Notes: generated by a model from the sequence alone, not told the origin. Counted from the stretch's first letter, positions 7,459 to 16,451 are shown. The stretch: DNA of 42,096 nucleotides from an uncultured Dehalococcoidia bacterium (GCA_964354065.1 CAYGYF010000001.1:1-42096), one strand, 5' to 3'. Made by a program: numbers and translations.

Positions 7459-9684
7459 CTACTTCTCCTCCCAGGTGCCAGTAGCGTCCTTCGGCATGGC
7501 CGCACACTTCATCAGCCGATAGTCCCCGAAGTCATCGATCATGTGGAAGAGTACCCCGCCGTCTGGCGCGAGTTCCGCCCGGGCGGCGGTATTGGCCGAG
7601 TTAGGGAACGAGCCCGCGGGGTCGGTGTCGCACTCGACCAGCGCGACGAAGTCGATCTCGTGAGTGCCGCGGTTGATCTGCCCGACGCTCTGCTGCCAGC
7701 GGTAGACGCCAGCCACGTCGCGCAGCACCAGGACCAGGAAGATGCCGCCGGGGAGGGGCACGATCTCGATCTGGAGATCATAGACGTCGGTGGCGCCCGC
7801 GTACCGCGCCCCCCAGGTGCCCGAGGCGTCCTTCGGCATGGCATAACACTGGTGGATGTAGGCAGGAGTGAACCCCATGAAGTCCCACAGCCAGGCGAAC
7901 AGAACCGACCCGTCTGGCAGACGCCGCAGGGCTCCCGGCACATTGATCGCGTCCCCAGAGATCGCGAAGCCGCTGGCGATCGGCGGCGTCGTCCAATCGA
8001 ATACCTGGGTGCCTGCGTTCCATTGCCCTACCGCCTGATACCAGGCGTAGACGGCCGCGGGCTTAGCGAGCACCATCGCGAGGAGGAGACCGCCGGGCAA
8101 CGGCTGCAGCGCCACCTGATAGTATCCCCCCGCGGTCGCCGGGATAGTGCCGGCCGGGGTCCAGAGGTCGCGGGTCAGCAGACCGATCTCCACCGGGCCG
8201 GGGATCGTTTCCAGGACGCCGATCACCATGGCCGCGTCGCGTCGGCACATCCCGAGTGGCCCCTCCGCCGCCGGCGCGACCGCGCTCAGGTCGGGGTAGA
8301 AGTGCTGGCGTGTCCAGGCCCCGTCAAGGTCGATCAGATCGAGGGGCTGCGCCGGCACCGCGGATGGGACGGCGAGGAGCGCCACCTGCTCATCATCCGG
8401 CCGCACCGGCACCGCCCCGAGGGAGATTAGCGGGCCTACATAGTGAATGAAGATCACGTCGGTGTAGGGCGGGAGGAAGTCGCCGGAGCCGCTGGTGTGC
8501 GGGCCGGTGTTGCTCACCGTGGTGACGACGGAGTTGGTGCTCGCCCCCGAGAACGGGTGAGTATGGGTAGTCATGCCTACCCGCGTCGGGGGTCCGGCGT
8601 AGGTGTTGTAGATGAAGTTGACGCCGGTGAGCGAGCCGCTCGTGTGGGTATGGCCGGCCTGGGTATGCAGGTGCGCGGTCAGAACGTGAGTATGGGCCAC
8701 CCATCCTGGATCGACGGCGGTAGGCAGCGCGGTGCCAGCATCCGGTCCACCCAGGAGGAATGCTACATCGTTGAGGTTCGGCACCCCACCCGTCCCGTCG
8801 CACGCGCGCCAGTAGATCGGGATCGCGCCCGCTGCCCCGTCCCAAGCGACGATCAGGCCGCGCGGGATGCCCCCGCCGGCGCCCTGTTGCAGGCAATACT
8901 GCTGCCAGTTCCGCGGCCGGGCACTCTCTGATTCCGCGGCGTGCACATCCGCGCCTGACGTCTGGTTGCTGGTGGTCCAGACGAAGGTGTGCGTGTGCCA
9001 GTAGTCGGCGATCAGAGTCGCGCCGGCGAAGTCGGCCCATACCCCGGTAGTGGTGGTACTGTAGTTGGTGCTGCCGCCGGTGTGCCCATGGCTGAGGGTG
9101 TGGGTGTGGGTCTGGGTATGTACATGGCTCGCCGCCCCGCCCGTGGCTCCTCCGCCACCACCGGCCGCGGCCCCCTTGAGGTATCGGCCTTCCCCTGTCA
9201 CCGGCTGTGTCCAGCCCGACAGCAAGCGGCCACCCCATGCGAGCGCGCCCGCGGGGATCGGCGTCGAGCCATCCGCCTTGATCCAGATCACTAGCCAATA
9301 TGGAGGATTGCTAGCGGCCGCAGTGATGGTGTGCGCGACCGAGGTGCATGATTTGCTGGTAGGTACACCCGTCGAGCCGGTGATAGTGTGATCATGGGCG
9401 GAGTCATTGGCGCCGATGAAGTTCGCGGCAAGGTAGTAGTAAGTTTCGCAGTTCAGTGCCGCGTTGCCGTTCCCGACCGTGCCGCTCTGCGTGTGCGTAT
9501 GATCGGCCAATACGTGGTTGTGCGACTGCCCCGCATGGGTGTGTGTGGTCGCCCCTCCGGTCCCGCCCGCCACGGTGTTGCCGCGGAGGTACTTGCCGTC
9601 CAGCCCGGCCACCCGCGCCCATCCTGCCGAGATCGACGCCTCGGTATCGGGCCAGCCGACGATGATGCCAGCGGGGGCATTCAC
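7459..9684 (-). CDS. receptor-binding/tail fiber protein with three His-rich collar-like modules and a duplicated C-terminal domain (741 aa)
   Basis: Track ORF. Three modules of the type GIIVGW..ISAGW..GKYLRG..GGTGG..HTHxxxHxH. The C-terminus contains two copies of a roughly 115-aa unit ending C(Y/A)AMPKDA(S/T)GTW. Confidence 0.7.
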   Translation of the reverse strand: MNAPAGIIVGWPDTEASISAGWARVAGLDGKYLRGNTVAGGTGGATTHTHAGQSHNHVLADHTHTQSGTVGNGNAALNCETYYYLAANFIGANDSAHDHTITGSTGVPTSKSCTSVAHTITAAASNPPYWLVIWIKADGSTPIPAGALAWGGRLLSGWTQPVTGEGRYLKGAAAGGGGGATGGAASHVHTQTHTHTLSHGHTGGSTNYSTTTTGVWADFAGATLIADYWHTHTFVWTTSNQTSGADVHAAESESARPRNWQQYCLQQGAGGGIPRGLIVAWDGAAGAIPIYWRACDGTGGVPNLNDVAFLLGGPDAGTALPTAVDPGWVAHTHVLTAHLHTQAGHTHTSGSLTGVNFIYNTYAGPPTRVGMTTHTHPFSGASTNSVVTTVSNTGPHTSGSGDFLPPYTDVIFIHYVGPLISLGAVPVRPDDEQVALLAVPSAVPAQPLDLIDLDGAWTRQHFYPDLSAVAPAAEGPLGMCRRDAAMVIGVLETIPGPVEIGLLTRDLWTPAGTIPATAGGYYQVALQPLPGGLLLAMVLAKPAAVYAWYQAVGQWNAGTQVFDWTTPPIASGFAISGDAINVPGALRRLPDGSVLFAWLWDFMGFTPAYIHQCYAMPKDASGTWGARYAGATDVYDLQIEIVPLPGGIFLVLVLRDVAGVYRWQQSVGQINRGTHEIDFVALVECDTDPAGSFPNSANTAARAELAPDGGVLFHMIDDFGDYRLMKCAAMPKDATGTWEEK

Positions 9685-9911
9685 ACGCGCGCCTCAAACT
9701 CCACTACGGAATCGGTCCACTTGATCGGCCGGGCGGCGAGTAGATCGTCGCCGAGAATCTCCGCCGCGCGCCGCCAGGCCCCGGCCAGGTTGTCAGCCGA
9801 GACCACCAGGATCGTCTCGTTGATGTTGCCCTGCTTGCCACCTGACTCCGCCAGGTGCAGGCGAAAGGAGCACCGCTTCCGACCCCATATCCGACGCAGC
9901 AATCTACACAT
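9681..9911 (-). CDS. hypothetical protein (76 aa)
   Basis: Track ORF. AGGAGA lies 7 nt upstream of ATG 9911. Its stop overlaps the start of the next gene. Confidence 0.5.
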   Translation of the reverse strand: MCRLLRRIWGRKRCSFRLHLAESGGKQGNINETILVVSADNLAGAWRRAAEILGDDLLAARPIKWTDSVVEFEARV

Positions 9912-9939
9912 ATTGGCGATCTCCTGCTATGATGGAACC

Positions 9940-10383
9940 ATGAGAACTATGCGATGGGTTGCTCTGGCCGCACTCCTGGGACTGGCCGTCCTGTTCGTCG
10001 CGGACTTCACCGCGCCGGCGCGTGAGCGGCACCGACTGGCAGGAACGTATGACCTGATGGAGGCTCGGGTCGACTTCCGGGTGGAGCCGGCGACAGGGAT
10101 TGGGATAGGTGTCCATGTTCTCAGGCCGCCCGACACGCGAGGGCAATTCGTCATCGCCGCCGATGGCCACTGTCAACAGGCCATATCCACGGCCTCTGTC
10201 GGCAACGGCACGATCTCCCCCGGACGATACGAGGTCTTCCCGCGCGAAGGGCGGCTCCTGATGACAAACCCGGGACTCTCGGAACCCATCTCCGTGGCCT
10301 ATCGGCTGGACGGCGACACCCTCATCACCACCGTCGACGTGGGTGCCTATGCCGAACAGGACACCTGGGTTCGTCACCCCTAG
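9940..10383 (+). CDS. membrane-anchored or secreted lipocalin-like protein (moron, 147 aa)
   Basis: In-frame ATG 9940 of track ORF 9388..10383. MRTMRWVALAALLGLAVLFVA is a signal/anchor. GTYDLMEARV...GRYEVFPREGRLLMT...YRLDGDTLITT resembles the lipocalin-like beta-barrel pattern. It is the only plus-strand gene in the tail module. More A/T-ending codons than its neighbours. Confidence 0.65.
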   Translation: MRTMRWVALAALLGLAVLFVADFTAPARERHRLAGTYDLMEARVDFRVEPATGIGIGVHVLRPPDTRGQFVIAADGHCQQAISTASVGNGTISPGRYEVFPREGRLLMTNPGLSEPISVAYRLDGDTLITTVDVGAYAEQDTWVRHP

Positions 10384-13235
10384 CCTCCCTGGAAATCGTT
10401 CGCCGTCACCTCGCGATCCATCTGCTCGTCCCACCACTGATCGACGACCTCTTTCGCCCCGTCGGAGGCGATCTGCTTCATGTCCTCGCGGGAGTTGATC
10501 GAGTTCGCCCGTACCACGATGGTGAACTGGTGCCCCGGCCCGCCCTCGACGCGGAGGCGCCGGCTCTGTCCCTCGGGCAGGAAGGTCGGCTCCACATGGG
10601 AGAGCAGTGGCGGCTGATCCCAGAACCCCTTCGGTGTTGCCCCCGGCGCCTGCACGGTCGGGATCTCACCTGCGCCCATCCATCCGGGTAGGTCGCGCGA
10701 CGATGGCGACGGCCCGAGCCACGGCACCTTGCGGTAGCCGATCACGTTCCCGGCCGCGTCCCGTACCGGAGTGCCAGCCATGACACTCGGCGGCAGGGGT
10801 TCGGCGGGCGGGACCGGCGCGGCCCCGGCGAGGACCGGGACATTCCGCCCGAGCGCGGCCTGCGCGCCCGGGCCCGCGCCCGCGAGCTTGACGATCCGCT
10901 CCCAGGCCTTGTCCCGCTCCTGCATGGCCTGGGTGACCGCCTGGATGTTCTCGGGTGTGTCGGACTCCTGCATAGCGCGCCAGAGTTCCTCGACCGCGTC
11001 GCGCTCCTCCCAGTAGTAGGCCGCGTACTGGTCGAGTGCGGTGCCGATATCCCCCATCGCCTCGGCGAGCTGGGCGCGTGCGAGGGCGGGCGAGAGAACC
11101 GCACCGCCGACGCCGCCCGCTGCGCCACCTGCCCCTGCGCCAGCCCCGGCTGCACCAGCACCGCCAGCACCTACCGCCGAAGCGATCTTCTCGGCCGCGT
11201 CCATCTGCAGCCGGCCCGCCGCCTCCTGGGTGTCCGCCGCCTCCTGCGCGTCCTCGATCAGTGGGGCCATCGCGTAGCCGGTCATCTCATAGCCGCCGCC
11301 ACCACCCATCCCACCGACGCGGCCCGCGATATTCTCCCGCCAGCCGGCGAGTGCGCCCTGTCCGCCCTGCCAACCCTGGCCCCAGGCCGCGCCGAGCTTC
11401 GACCCGAACGAGTCCGGCTGCATCTGGCCGACGCGGAACCGCGCCCAGCCGAGTTCGGCCTTCTGCCCCCAATCCTCGATGTTCTGCCGCTCCCGCTTGA
11501 CCAGATCCCTGCCCACATCCTGGGCCCATTCGGCCCCGCCGTAACCTACCGCACCGCCGCCGACCGCCCCGATCGCCCCGCCCACTATCGCACCCGCCGG
11601 GCCGCCCGCGATGGCCCCTATCGTGCCACCCGCGATGGCCCCCCTGATAGCGCCGAGTGCGGCCGCGGCCCAGGGCAATTTGTCCGCGACCACCTTGAGC
11701 AGGGCCTCAATCTCCGTGAGCACCGAAGTGGCGATGGTCTGCCCGATGGCTATCATCGCCTGCATGACCTCGTGCGCCCAATCCCAGATCGCGCCCTTGG
11801 AATCGACCAGGAACTTGATCACATTGGCAAGTCCATAGATCGCTCCGGCCACCCAATCGGCCGCCGCACCGACCTTGTCGCTGACCCAATCCCAGATCTC
11901 GCCCCAGTTCTCCCCGAGCCAGTCGATGAAGGCGGCGACGACGCGCTGGGCATACTCAAGTGCGGCGCCGATCCCGGCGACGATGGCCTTGAACCGATCG
12001 GACTTCGCGATCTCTTCTAGGGTGGTGACGATGCGGTCAAGGCTCGCGGTGGTGCCCTCGATCAGAGTCTGGATTGTCGGCCCGAACGAGTCTGCGAAGG
12101 ATTGGCCAAGCGCGACCAGTCCGGGCTGTAAGCGCCCCATCGCGCCAGCCAACCCCTCTAAGGCGGCCTTCGCCGTATCCATGATGGGTTGCCCCAGCGC
12201 CGCCTTCAGCTGGAACCACGCGTCGGCGATGTTGCTCATGCGCGTCTTCCAGGTCGAGGCCATCTTCTCCATCATGCCGCCGTAACGCTCGATGACCAGA
12301 GCGACGGCGGCGGGAAAGAGCGCCTCGCGATTCTTGGCCTCTCCCGTCCCCGAGAATATCACCCCTTTCGATTCGAAGTCCTCCTTGGTGAGTTTCAAGG
12401 CCGAGACCACCTGCTCAGTCTCGAACATCCCCGCCTTGAGTTTGCCCAGGGTGTTGATTACCTCGGATAGTTGAGAACCCGTACCCGAGGCCGTATCGCC
12501 CACAATGGTCAGTGTCTCCTCGAGTCCACCGAGGTCAATGCGATAGGCCTTCAAGGCCATCTGCCCCTCGATGATCCCCTGCAGTTCAAAGGGCGTGGCC
12601 GCTGCGAACTCAACCATGCGGGCGAGTTGGTCCTGGGCCTCGGCAAGACTCCCGGTGAGCACAGTCAGCATCGCCTCATACCGCTCCATTTCCCCAGCCG
12701 CCGCCAGCGACTTCCCGGCGAGATAGGCCAATGCCGCAGCACCGACACCCCCGAGCACCAGGAATGCCTTGGAGAGCTTCTCGACTGCCTCCAGGGCCGT
12801 GCGCCCGAGCCATTCCAGAATCGCGAGGCCCGTTTGCGCGACCTTCTCGATGACAGACCCCAGCGCCGATAGGATTGACCCGAGGCCCGAGACACCGAGG
12901 GAAACGAAACCAGCGAGGGCACCCAGGGGAGAGGTCCAGACCGCGGTGAGCACGGTCCCGAGGCGCGCGAACACGTTGCCGAGCATCGACCCATGCCCCG
13001 CGACGGCCTGGAACGAGCCCTCCATTTTGCCGATGTGACCGGCCACGCCCTGGAGGTGAGACTGGAGGCGCGAGAAGGCAGTCTCGGTCCGCTTGCTGGA
13101 GTCCTCGGCCGCGTGAGTCAGGCGGTCGATCCTCGCGGTGATCGCGTCGAGCTGCGCGCCGAACTGCTTGAGCACGCCCTCGGCCCGGTTCTGCGCCTCG
13201 AGTATGACCTGCAGTTTCTCCTGCTCGATCGCCAT
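10380..13235 (-). CDS. tape measure protein (951 aa)
   Basis: Track ORF. Size, helical/coiled N-part, Gly-rich zipper segments (GGAIGAVGGGAVGYGG, AGAGAGAGGAAGG). Located directly after the chaperone pair. Confidence 0.85.
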   Translation of the reverse strand: MAIEQEKLQVILEAQNRAEGVLKQFGAQLDAITARIDRLTHAAEDSSKRTETAFSRLQSHLQGVAGHIGKMEGSFQAVAGHGSMLGNVFARLGTVLTAVWTSPLGALAGFVSLGVSGLGSILSALGSVIEKVAQTGLAILEWLGRTALEAVEKLSKAFLVLGGVGAAALAYLAGKSLAAAGEMERYEAMLTVLTGSLAEAQDQLARMVEFAAATPFELQGIIEGQMALKAYRIDLGGLEETLTIVGDTASGTGSQLSEVINTLGKLKAGMFETEQVVSALKLTKEDFESKGVIFSGTGEAKNREALFPAAVALVIERYGGMMEKMASTWKTRMSNIADAWFQLKAALGQPIMDTAKAALEGLAGAMGRLQPGLVALGQSFADSFGPTIQTLIEGTTASLDRIVTTLEEIAKSDRFKAIVAGIGAALEYAQRVVAAFIDWLGENWGEIWDWVSDKVGAAADWVAGAIYGLANVIKFLVDSKGAIWDWAHEVMQAMIAIGQTIATSVLTEIEALLKVVADKLPWAAAALGAIRGAIAGGTIGAIAGGPAGAIVGGAIGAVGGGAVGYGGAEWAQDVGRDLVKRERQNIEDWGQKAELGWARFRVGQMQPDSFGSKLGAAWGQGWQGGQGALAGWRENIAGRVGGMGGGGGYEMTGYAMAPLIEDAQEAADTQEAAGRLQMDAAEKIASAVGAGGAGAAGAGAGAGGAAGGVGGAVLSPALARAQLAEAMGDIGTALDQYAAYYWEERDAVEELWRAMQESDTPENIQAVTQAMQERDKAWERIVKLAGAGPGAQAALGRNVPVLAGAAPVPPAEPLPPSVMAGTPVRDAAGNVIGYRKVPWLGPSPSSRDLPGWMGAGEIPTVQAPGATPKGFWDQPPLLSHVEPTFLPEGQSRRLRVEGGPGHQFTIVVRANSINSREDMKQIASDGAKEVVDQWWDEQMDREVTANDFQGG

Positions 13236-13236
13236 G

Positions 13237-13635
13237 TCACCTCACCCGTCGAGCCCGCCGTTGCCAGTTCTCGGCGGTCGCATCCTCTGGCACCTCCCAG
13301 ACGCGCACCCCCCGGCCGCGAATGGGTTCCTCGTTCTCCCGGTCCTGTCGCGACTCGGCCATCCGGTCCGCCTCGTACCGACCTACTGCCGCAGTCGCCA
13401 CATCGAGGCACTCCATCAGGTAGGCTGGTTGCTCCTGCGTCCCGCCGACGAAGGGCAGGAACCCCTTCTGATAGCGCGACAGATGCCGGAGCACGACGCG
13501 GAGAGGGGCACAATCCGGGGCCGCCGCACCCTCTCCGCACAGATCATAGATCGCGTCGCTCAGCCAGGCGGCGAACCTGGCGGTCAGGCTTCCCCCGCGG
13601 CCGTTACCTCCAGGCCCTGCAGCCGCCGCAGGCAC
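13237..13635 (-). CDS. -1 frame extension of the tail assembly chaperone (T-like part of a G/GT pair)
   Basis: This ORF overlaps the end of the chaperone in the -1 frame. A run of five G (minus strand, 13596-13592) lies two codons before the G stop. It ends 1 nt before the tape measure start. Confidence 0.5.
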   Translation of the reverse strand: MPAAAAGPGGNGRGGSLTARFAAWLSDAIYDLCGEGAAAPDCAPLRVVLRHLSRYQKGFLPFVGGTQEQPAYLMECLDVATAAVGRYEADRMAESRQDRENEEPIRGRGVRVWEVPEDATAENWQRRARRVR

Positions 13636-14078
13636 TTCACCAGCCAGTCCAGGAACGGTGCCGGCTGGCCGCCGAGGTCAGTCCAAACTGGCCGCGAGGC
13701 CTTAGACTGCACCTGGCCGCCGGCGATCGGCACCAGGTAGTCGGTGACGGAGGTCTCGCAGAGAACCTGCAGTTGCCGAGCCCGGTCATCGCTCCATCGC
13801 ACCTGCCGGGGCCTCGCATTGGTGCCGGCCGAGACCGGCAGGTGGTACTCGGTGCCGACGCTGAGGTACTGGGCCTTCTGCGCGCCCGTCCACCGCCGCG
13901 CTCGCACGAAGTAGATGGTCGAGTCCACGATCTCGCCGGCCTCGTTCCGCGTCGGCAGCCAGAACGTCTCCTCCGTCCTGCCCTCATTGAGCAGGGCCAC
14001 CAGATCGACCTGCTCCTCCTCGGTGAAGGGAACCTCCTCCACCGCCTCGCCCACTTCCTCCTCGCTCCGATCGTCCAT
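13584..14078 (-). CDS. tail assembly chaperone (G-like, 164 aa)
   Basis: Internal ATG 14078 of track ORF 13584..14249 with GGAG upstream. Acidic N-terminus MDDRSEEEVGEAVEEV. Sits between the tail tube and tape measure genes. Confidence 0.65.
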   Translation of the reverse strand: MDDRSEEEVGEAVEEVPFTEEEQVDLVALLNEGRTEETFWLPTRNEAGEIVDSTIYFVRARRWTGAQKAQYLSVGTEYHLPVSAGTNARPRQVRWSDDRARQLQVLCETSVTDYLVPIAGGQVQSKASRPVWTDLGGQPAPFLDWLVKCLRRLQGLEVTAAGEA

Positions 14079-14104
14079 TCTGCTCCTCTCTCTGCGCTCG
14101 CGCG

Positions 14105-14974
14105 CTATACGATGGTCAGATTCGTCGCCAGGTAGGGCACCCCGATCACGATGTTGCCGCGGTCGGGGATGTCGATGTTCTCGTCGGTGGGCTTCATCCC
14201 GACGAGGGTGATCACGGTCGGCCCCTGGGCAGGCGAGACATCGCTGCACGTGGCGATGGTGATCGTCCTGTCGCCGGAGGCGATCAGGCAGTCCTGCACG
14301 TCGAGAGCAGTGCTCCCCAGGCGATAGCGCACCTCTCCCGACACCTCCAGCGCGCCCTCGTCGAGATAGTCCCAGATCCGGTCGGGCGTACGGGTCCCGC
14401 CGACGCCGAGAATCACGTTGTCGATGGCCAGGTTGTTCCTCAGCGACACGTCGATCCCGTAGAGATCGAAGGCCGGCGACGCCTCGCTCCAGGCGAGGTT
14501 GTAGTCGCGGAACATCCTCGCGCCGAAGAATGCCATCGCGCCGGGATCGGCCGCGGTCTTCGTCACCGCCCCGCCGGTCAGCGTGGCCTCACCGGTTAGT
14601 CGGCCGCCCGCGTCGCACCGCAGCGTGAAGGTATCGATCTTGCAGTCGATGCCCACATACTGGAGGATCGACGCGCCCTTGGCGTAGCCCCACTTCACCG
14701 AGAGCCAGGGGAGTTCGCCGGTGACCAGGCTGCGCAGGGCCTGGTTGATGAAGGCCCAGTCCTCGATCCCGGCGATGGAGATCGGGACCTCGGCGCTCGT
14801 CCGGCCCTCGGAAAGTTCGACGGCGCTCCAGGTGCCCACCGAGTGGACTGCCTCGACGCCGCCGCGGATCCGCGGCCGGATGTTGGCGGGAGCGCCGAGC
14901 GGCAACCAGTTCACCGCCGCCACGCCCTTCGCTCCCTGCACGCCGTAGAAGGCGCGCCCATAGCTACCCTGCAT
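14105..14974 (-). CDS. major tail (tube) protein (289 aa)
   Basis: Track ORF. Position is immediately upstream of the chaperones and tape measure. Beta-rich composition. Confidence 0.65.
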   Translation of the reverse strand: MQGSYGRAFYGVQGAKGVAAVNWLPLGAPANIRPRIRGGVEAVHSVGTWSAVELSEGRTSAEVPISIAGIEDWAFINQALRSLVTGELPWLSVKWGYAKGASILQYVGIDCKIDTFTLRCDAGGRLTGEATLTGGAVTKTAADPGAMAFFGARMFRDYNLAWSEASPAFDLYGIDVSLRNNLAIDNVILGVGGTRTPDRIWDYLDEGALEVSGEVRYRLGSTALDVQDCLIASGDRTITIATCSDVSPAQGPTVITLVGMKPTDENIDIPDRGNIVIGVPYLATNLTIV

Positions 14975-15983
14975 AGTCGTTCACCTCGTCGGTAGATGTG
15001 TCCCGCGCCAGAAGCGCGAGGGTCGCCCTAACTGCCGCGGCGGCCTCCACCGCCCGCACACATCCGCCCGGAACGTCCTCCTCCCCGACGAGACAACTGC
15101 CCGACCAGCAGGGCCAGCACTGCAAACCTTCCGGCTCCAGTGCCACCACATCATAGCACGATCCGACTGAGCCTGCACTCCCCGTCGCGCAGAACACCGC
15201 CACCGCCGGCCGCCCTACCGCCTGCGCCAGGTGCATCGGGCCTGAGTCGCCGGACACGACCACGTCCGCGGCCGCGAGGAACGCAGCCAGTTGCCTCACA
15301 GTGAGGCCCTCGGGTGCCCGCGCGCAGCAGGGCAGCACCAGACCGTCAAAAGCAACCACTGCAGCCCCTGCGTCGGCGAGCCCCTTCGCGACGTGCGCCC
15401 AGGCGCGATAGGTGCGCGTGGGCCAACCGGCCCGCGAGAACAGGGCCACCACCGGCGCCCCGCCCTTCCGCCACTTGGCCAGAACCTCCCGGCCCCAGTC
15501 CCGCTCCTGCTCGGTCAGTTCGAGCCACGGCCGGGCGTCGAACTCATCGCCGAGATTCCAGTAGTCACCCATGCAGGCCGCCGCCGATCGCTCCTTACGG
15601 CCGGGATGGTGCTCCAGCCAGCCGTCGAACATCACCGCCTGGGCGCGCTCTCCGACAGGGCCGCCCATCGGGAGTCCATCGAATACCTGCAGGTACAGCG
15701 AGTGGCACGCCGGTTGCACCCGGCCGCCTCGTCGAACCACCTCCCGCAGGACTGCTGACATGCAGAGTACGTCCCCGAAGCCGGCGCGCCGGCGCACGAT
15801 CCACTCGCCCGGGCACAGTTCGTTCGGGCCGGGTCGGTAGGCCACACCTGCCCCAACCAGCTCCGCTGCCAGAGCTTCGTCGGCCATGACGGTGTCGCCG
15901 CGGCTGGCGTCGAAATCCACGCGGCCACCGCGCCCCATGTAGAAGCGCGGCCCGGTCGATCTCAATCTCTGCAGTCTCAGCAT
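14964..15983 (-). CDS. glycosyltransferase family 9 (heptosyltransferase-like)
   Basis: Track ORF. VVSGDSGPMHLAQAVGRPAVAVF matches the GT9 signature (G-D-S-G-x-x-H-L-A). A C-terminal Cys cluster CWPCWSGSC..GGC is also seen in heptosyltransferases. Its start overlaps the upstream stop and its end overlaps the tail-tube start. Confidence 0.7.
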   Translation of the reverse strand: MLRLQRLRSTGPRFYMGRGGRVDFDASRGDTVMADEALAAELVGAGVAYRPGPNELCPGEWIVRRRAGFGDVLCMSAVLREVVRRGGRVQPACHSLYLQVFDGLPMGGPVGERAQAVMFDGWLEHHPGRKERSAAACMGDYWNLGDEFDARPWLELTEQERDWGREVLAKWRKGGAPVVALFSRAGWPTRTYRAWAHVAKGLADAGAAVVAFDGLVLPCCARAPEGLTVRQLAAFLAAADVVVSGDSGPMHLAQAVGRPAVAVFCATGSAGSVGSCYDVVALEPEGLQCWPCWSGSCLVGEEDVPGGCVRAVEAAAAVRATLALLARDTSTDEVNDYAG

Positions 15984-16441
15984 GGTGCCGTGATCTCGTT
16001 CTTGGTGCCGAACACGATGGCCGTCGCGTCCACGTCCTCGTGCAGTCCGGCGATCAGTTGGCCAAGGCGCTCATCCTCGATGCGCTCCGGCTCGTCGCCG
16101 CCGTCGTAGGCGAATGTGGTGGCAGTCGGCAGCAGGTCCATCAGGGCCCCCATGCAGGCATCGGCCCAGGTATCCATCAGGGACGCGCGGGCGTCGAGGT
16201 CGTCGAACTGCCGCACGATCAGGACGGTCCACTTCCACGAGCCCATTTTCGCCCCCGCGATACCCAGGGGCTCGATCTTGAGGTCCGGCCCCAGGAGCGC
16301 GGCGAAGGGCAGCGGGGGCTGGTGGCGCAGGCGCCCGCGCGTCACGTGCGTGACGCCGAGCGGCACCAGTTCCGCGGCGAGCTGAGCCAGAATCTCTGCC
16401 GCCTGCGCGGCGCTGTTGATGCCCGTCGTCAGGATTGGCAT
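15977..16441 (-). CDS. neck/tail completion protein (154 aa), function inferred from position only
   Basis: Track ORF between the HK97 gp10-like gene and the tail tube region. Confidence 0.45.
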   Translation of the reverse strand: MPILTTGINSAAQAAEILAQLAAELVPLGVTHVTRGRLRHQPPLPFAALLGPDLKIEPLGIAGAKMGSWKWTVLIVRQFDDLDARASLMDTWADACMGALMDLLPTATTFAYDGGDEPERIEDERLGQLIAGLHEDVDATAIVFGTKNEITAPC

Positions 16442-16451
16442 GGATTCCCTC

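Noticed and set aside
5638-8430. Very long plus-strand ORFs (930 aa here; also 27236..29833 at 865 aa, 18116..19270, 16416..17771, 2564..3796, 4181..5281, 24476..25648, and others).
   Set aside because: They run antisense to well-supported structural genes. They are extremely Arg/Pro/Gly/His-rich with no recognisable motifs. They are the expected stop-poor shadow frames of GC-rich coding DNA.
13118-13540. Alternative ORFs across the chaperone/tape-measure junction (13118..13540, 13138..13740, 12993..14135).
   Set aside because: They are antisense or out of frame relative to the G/GT chaperone pair and the tape measure gene. Their composition is Arg/Pro-rich.
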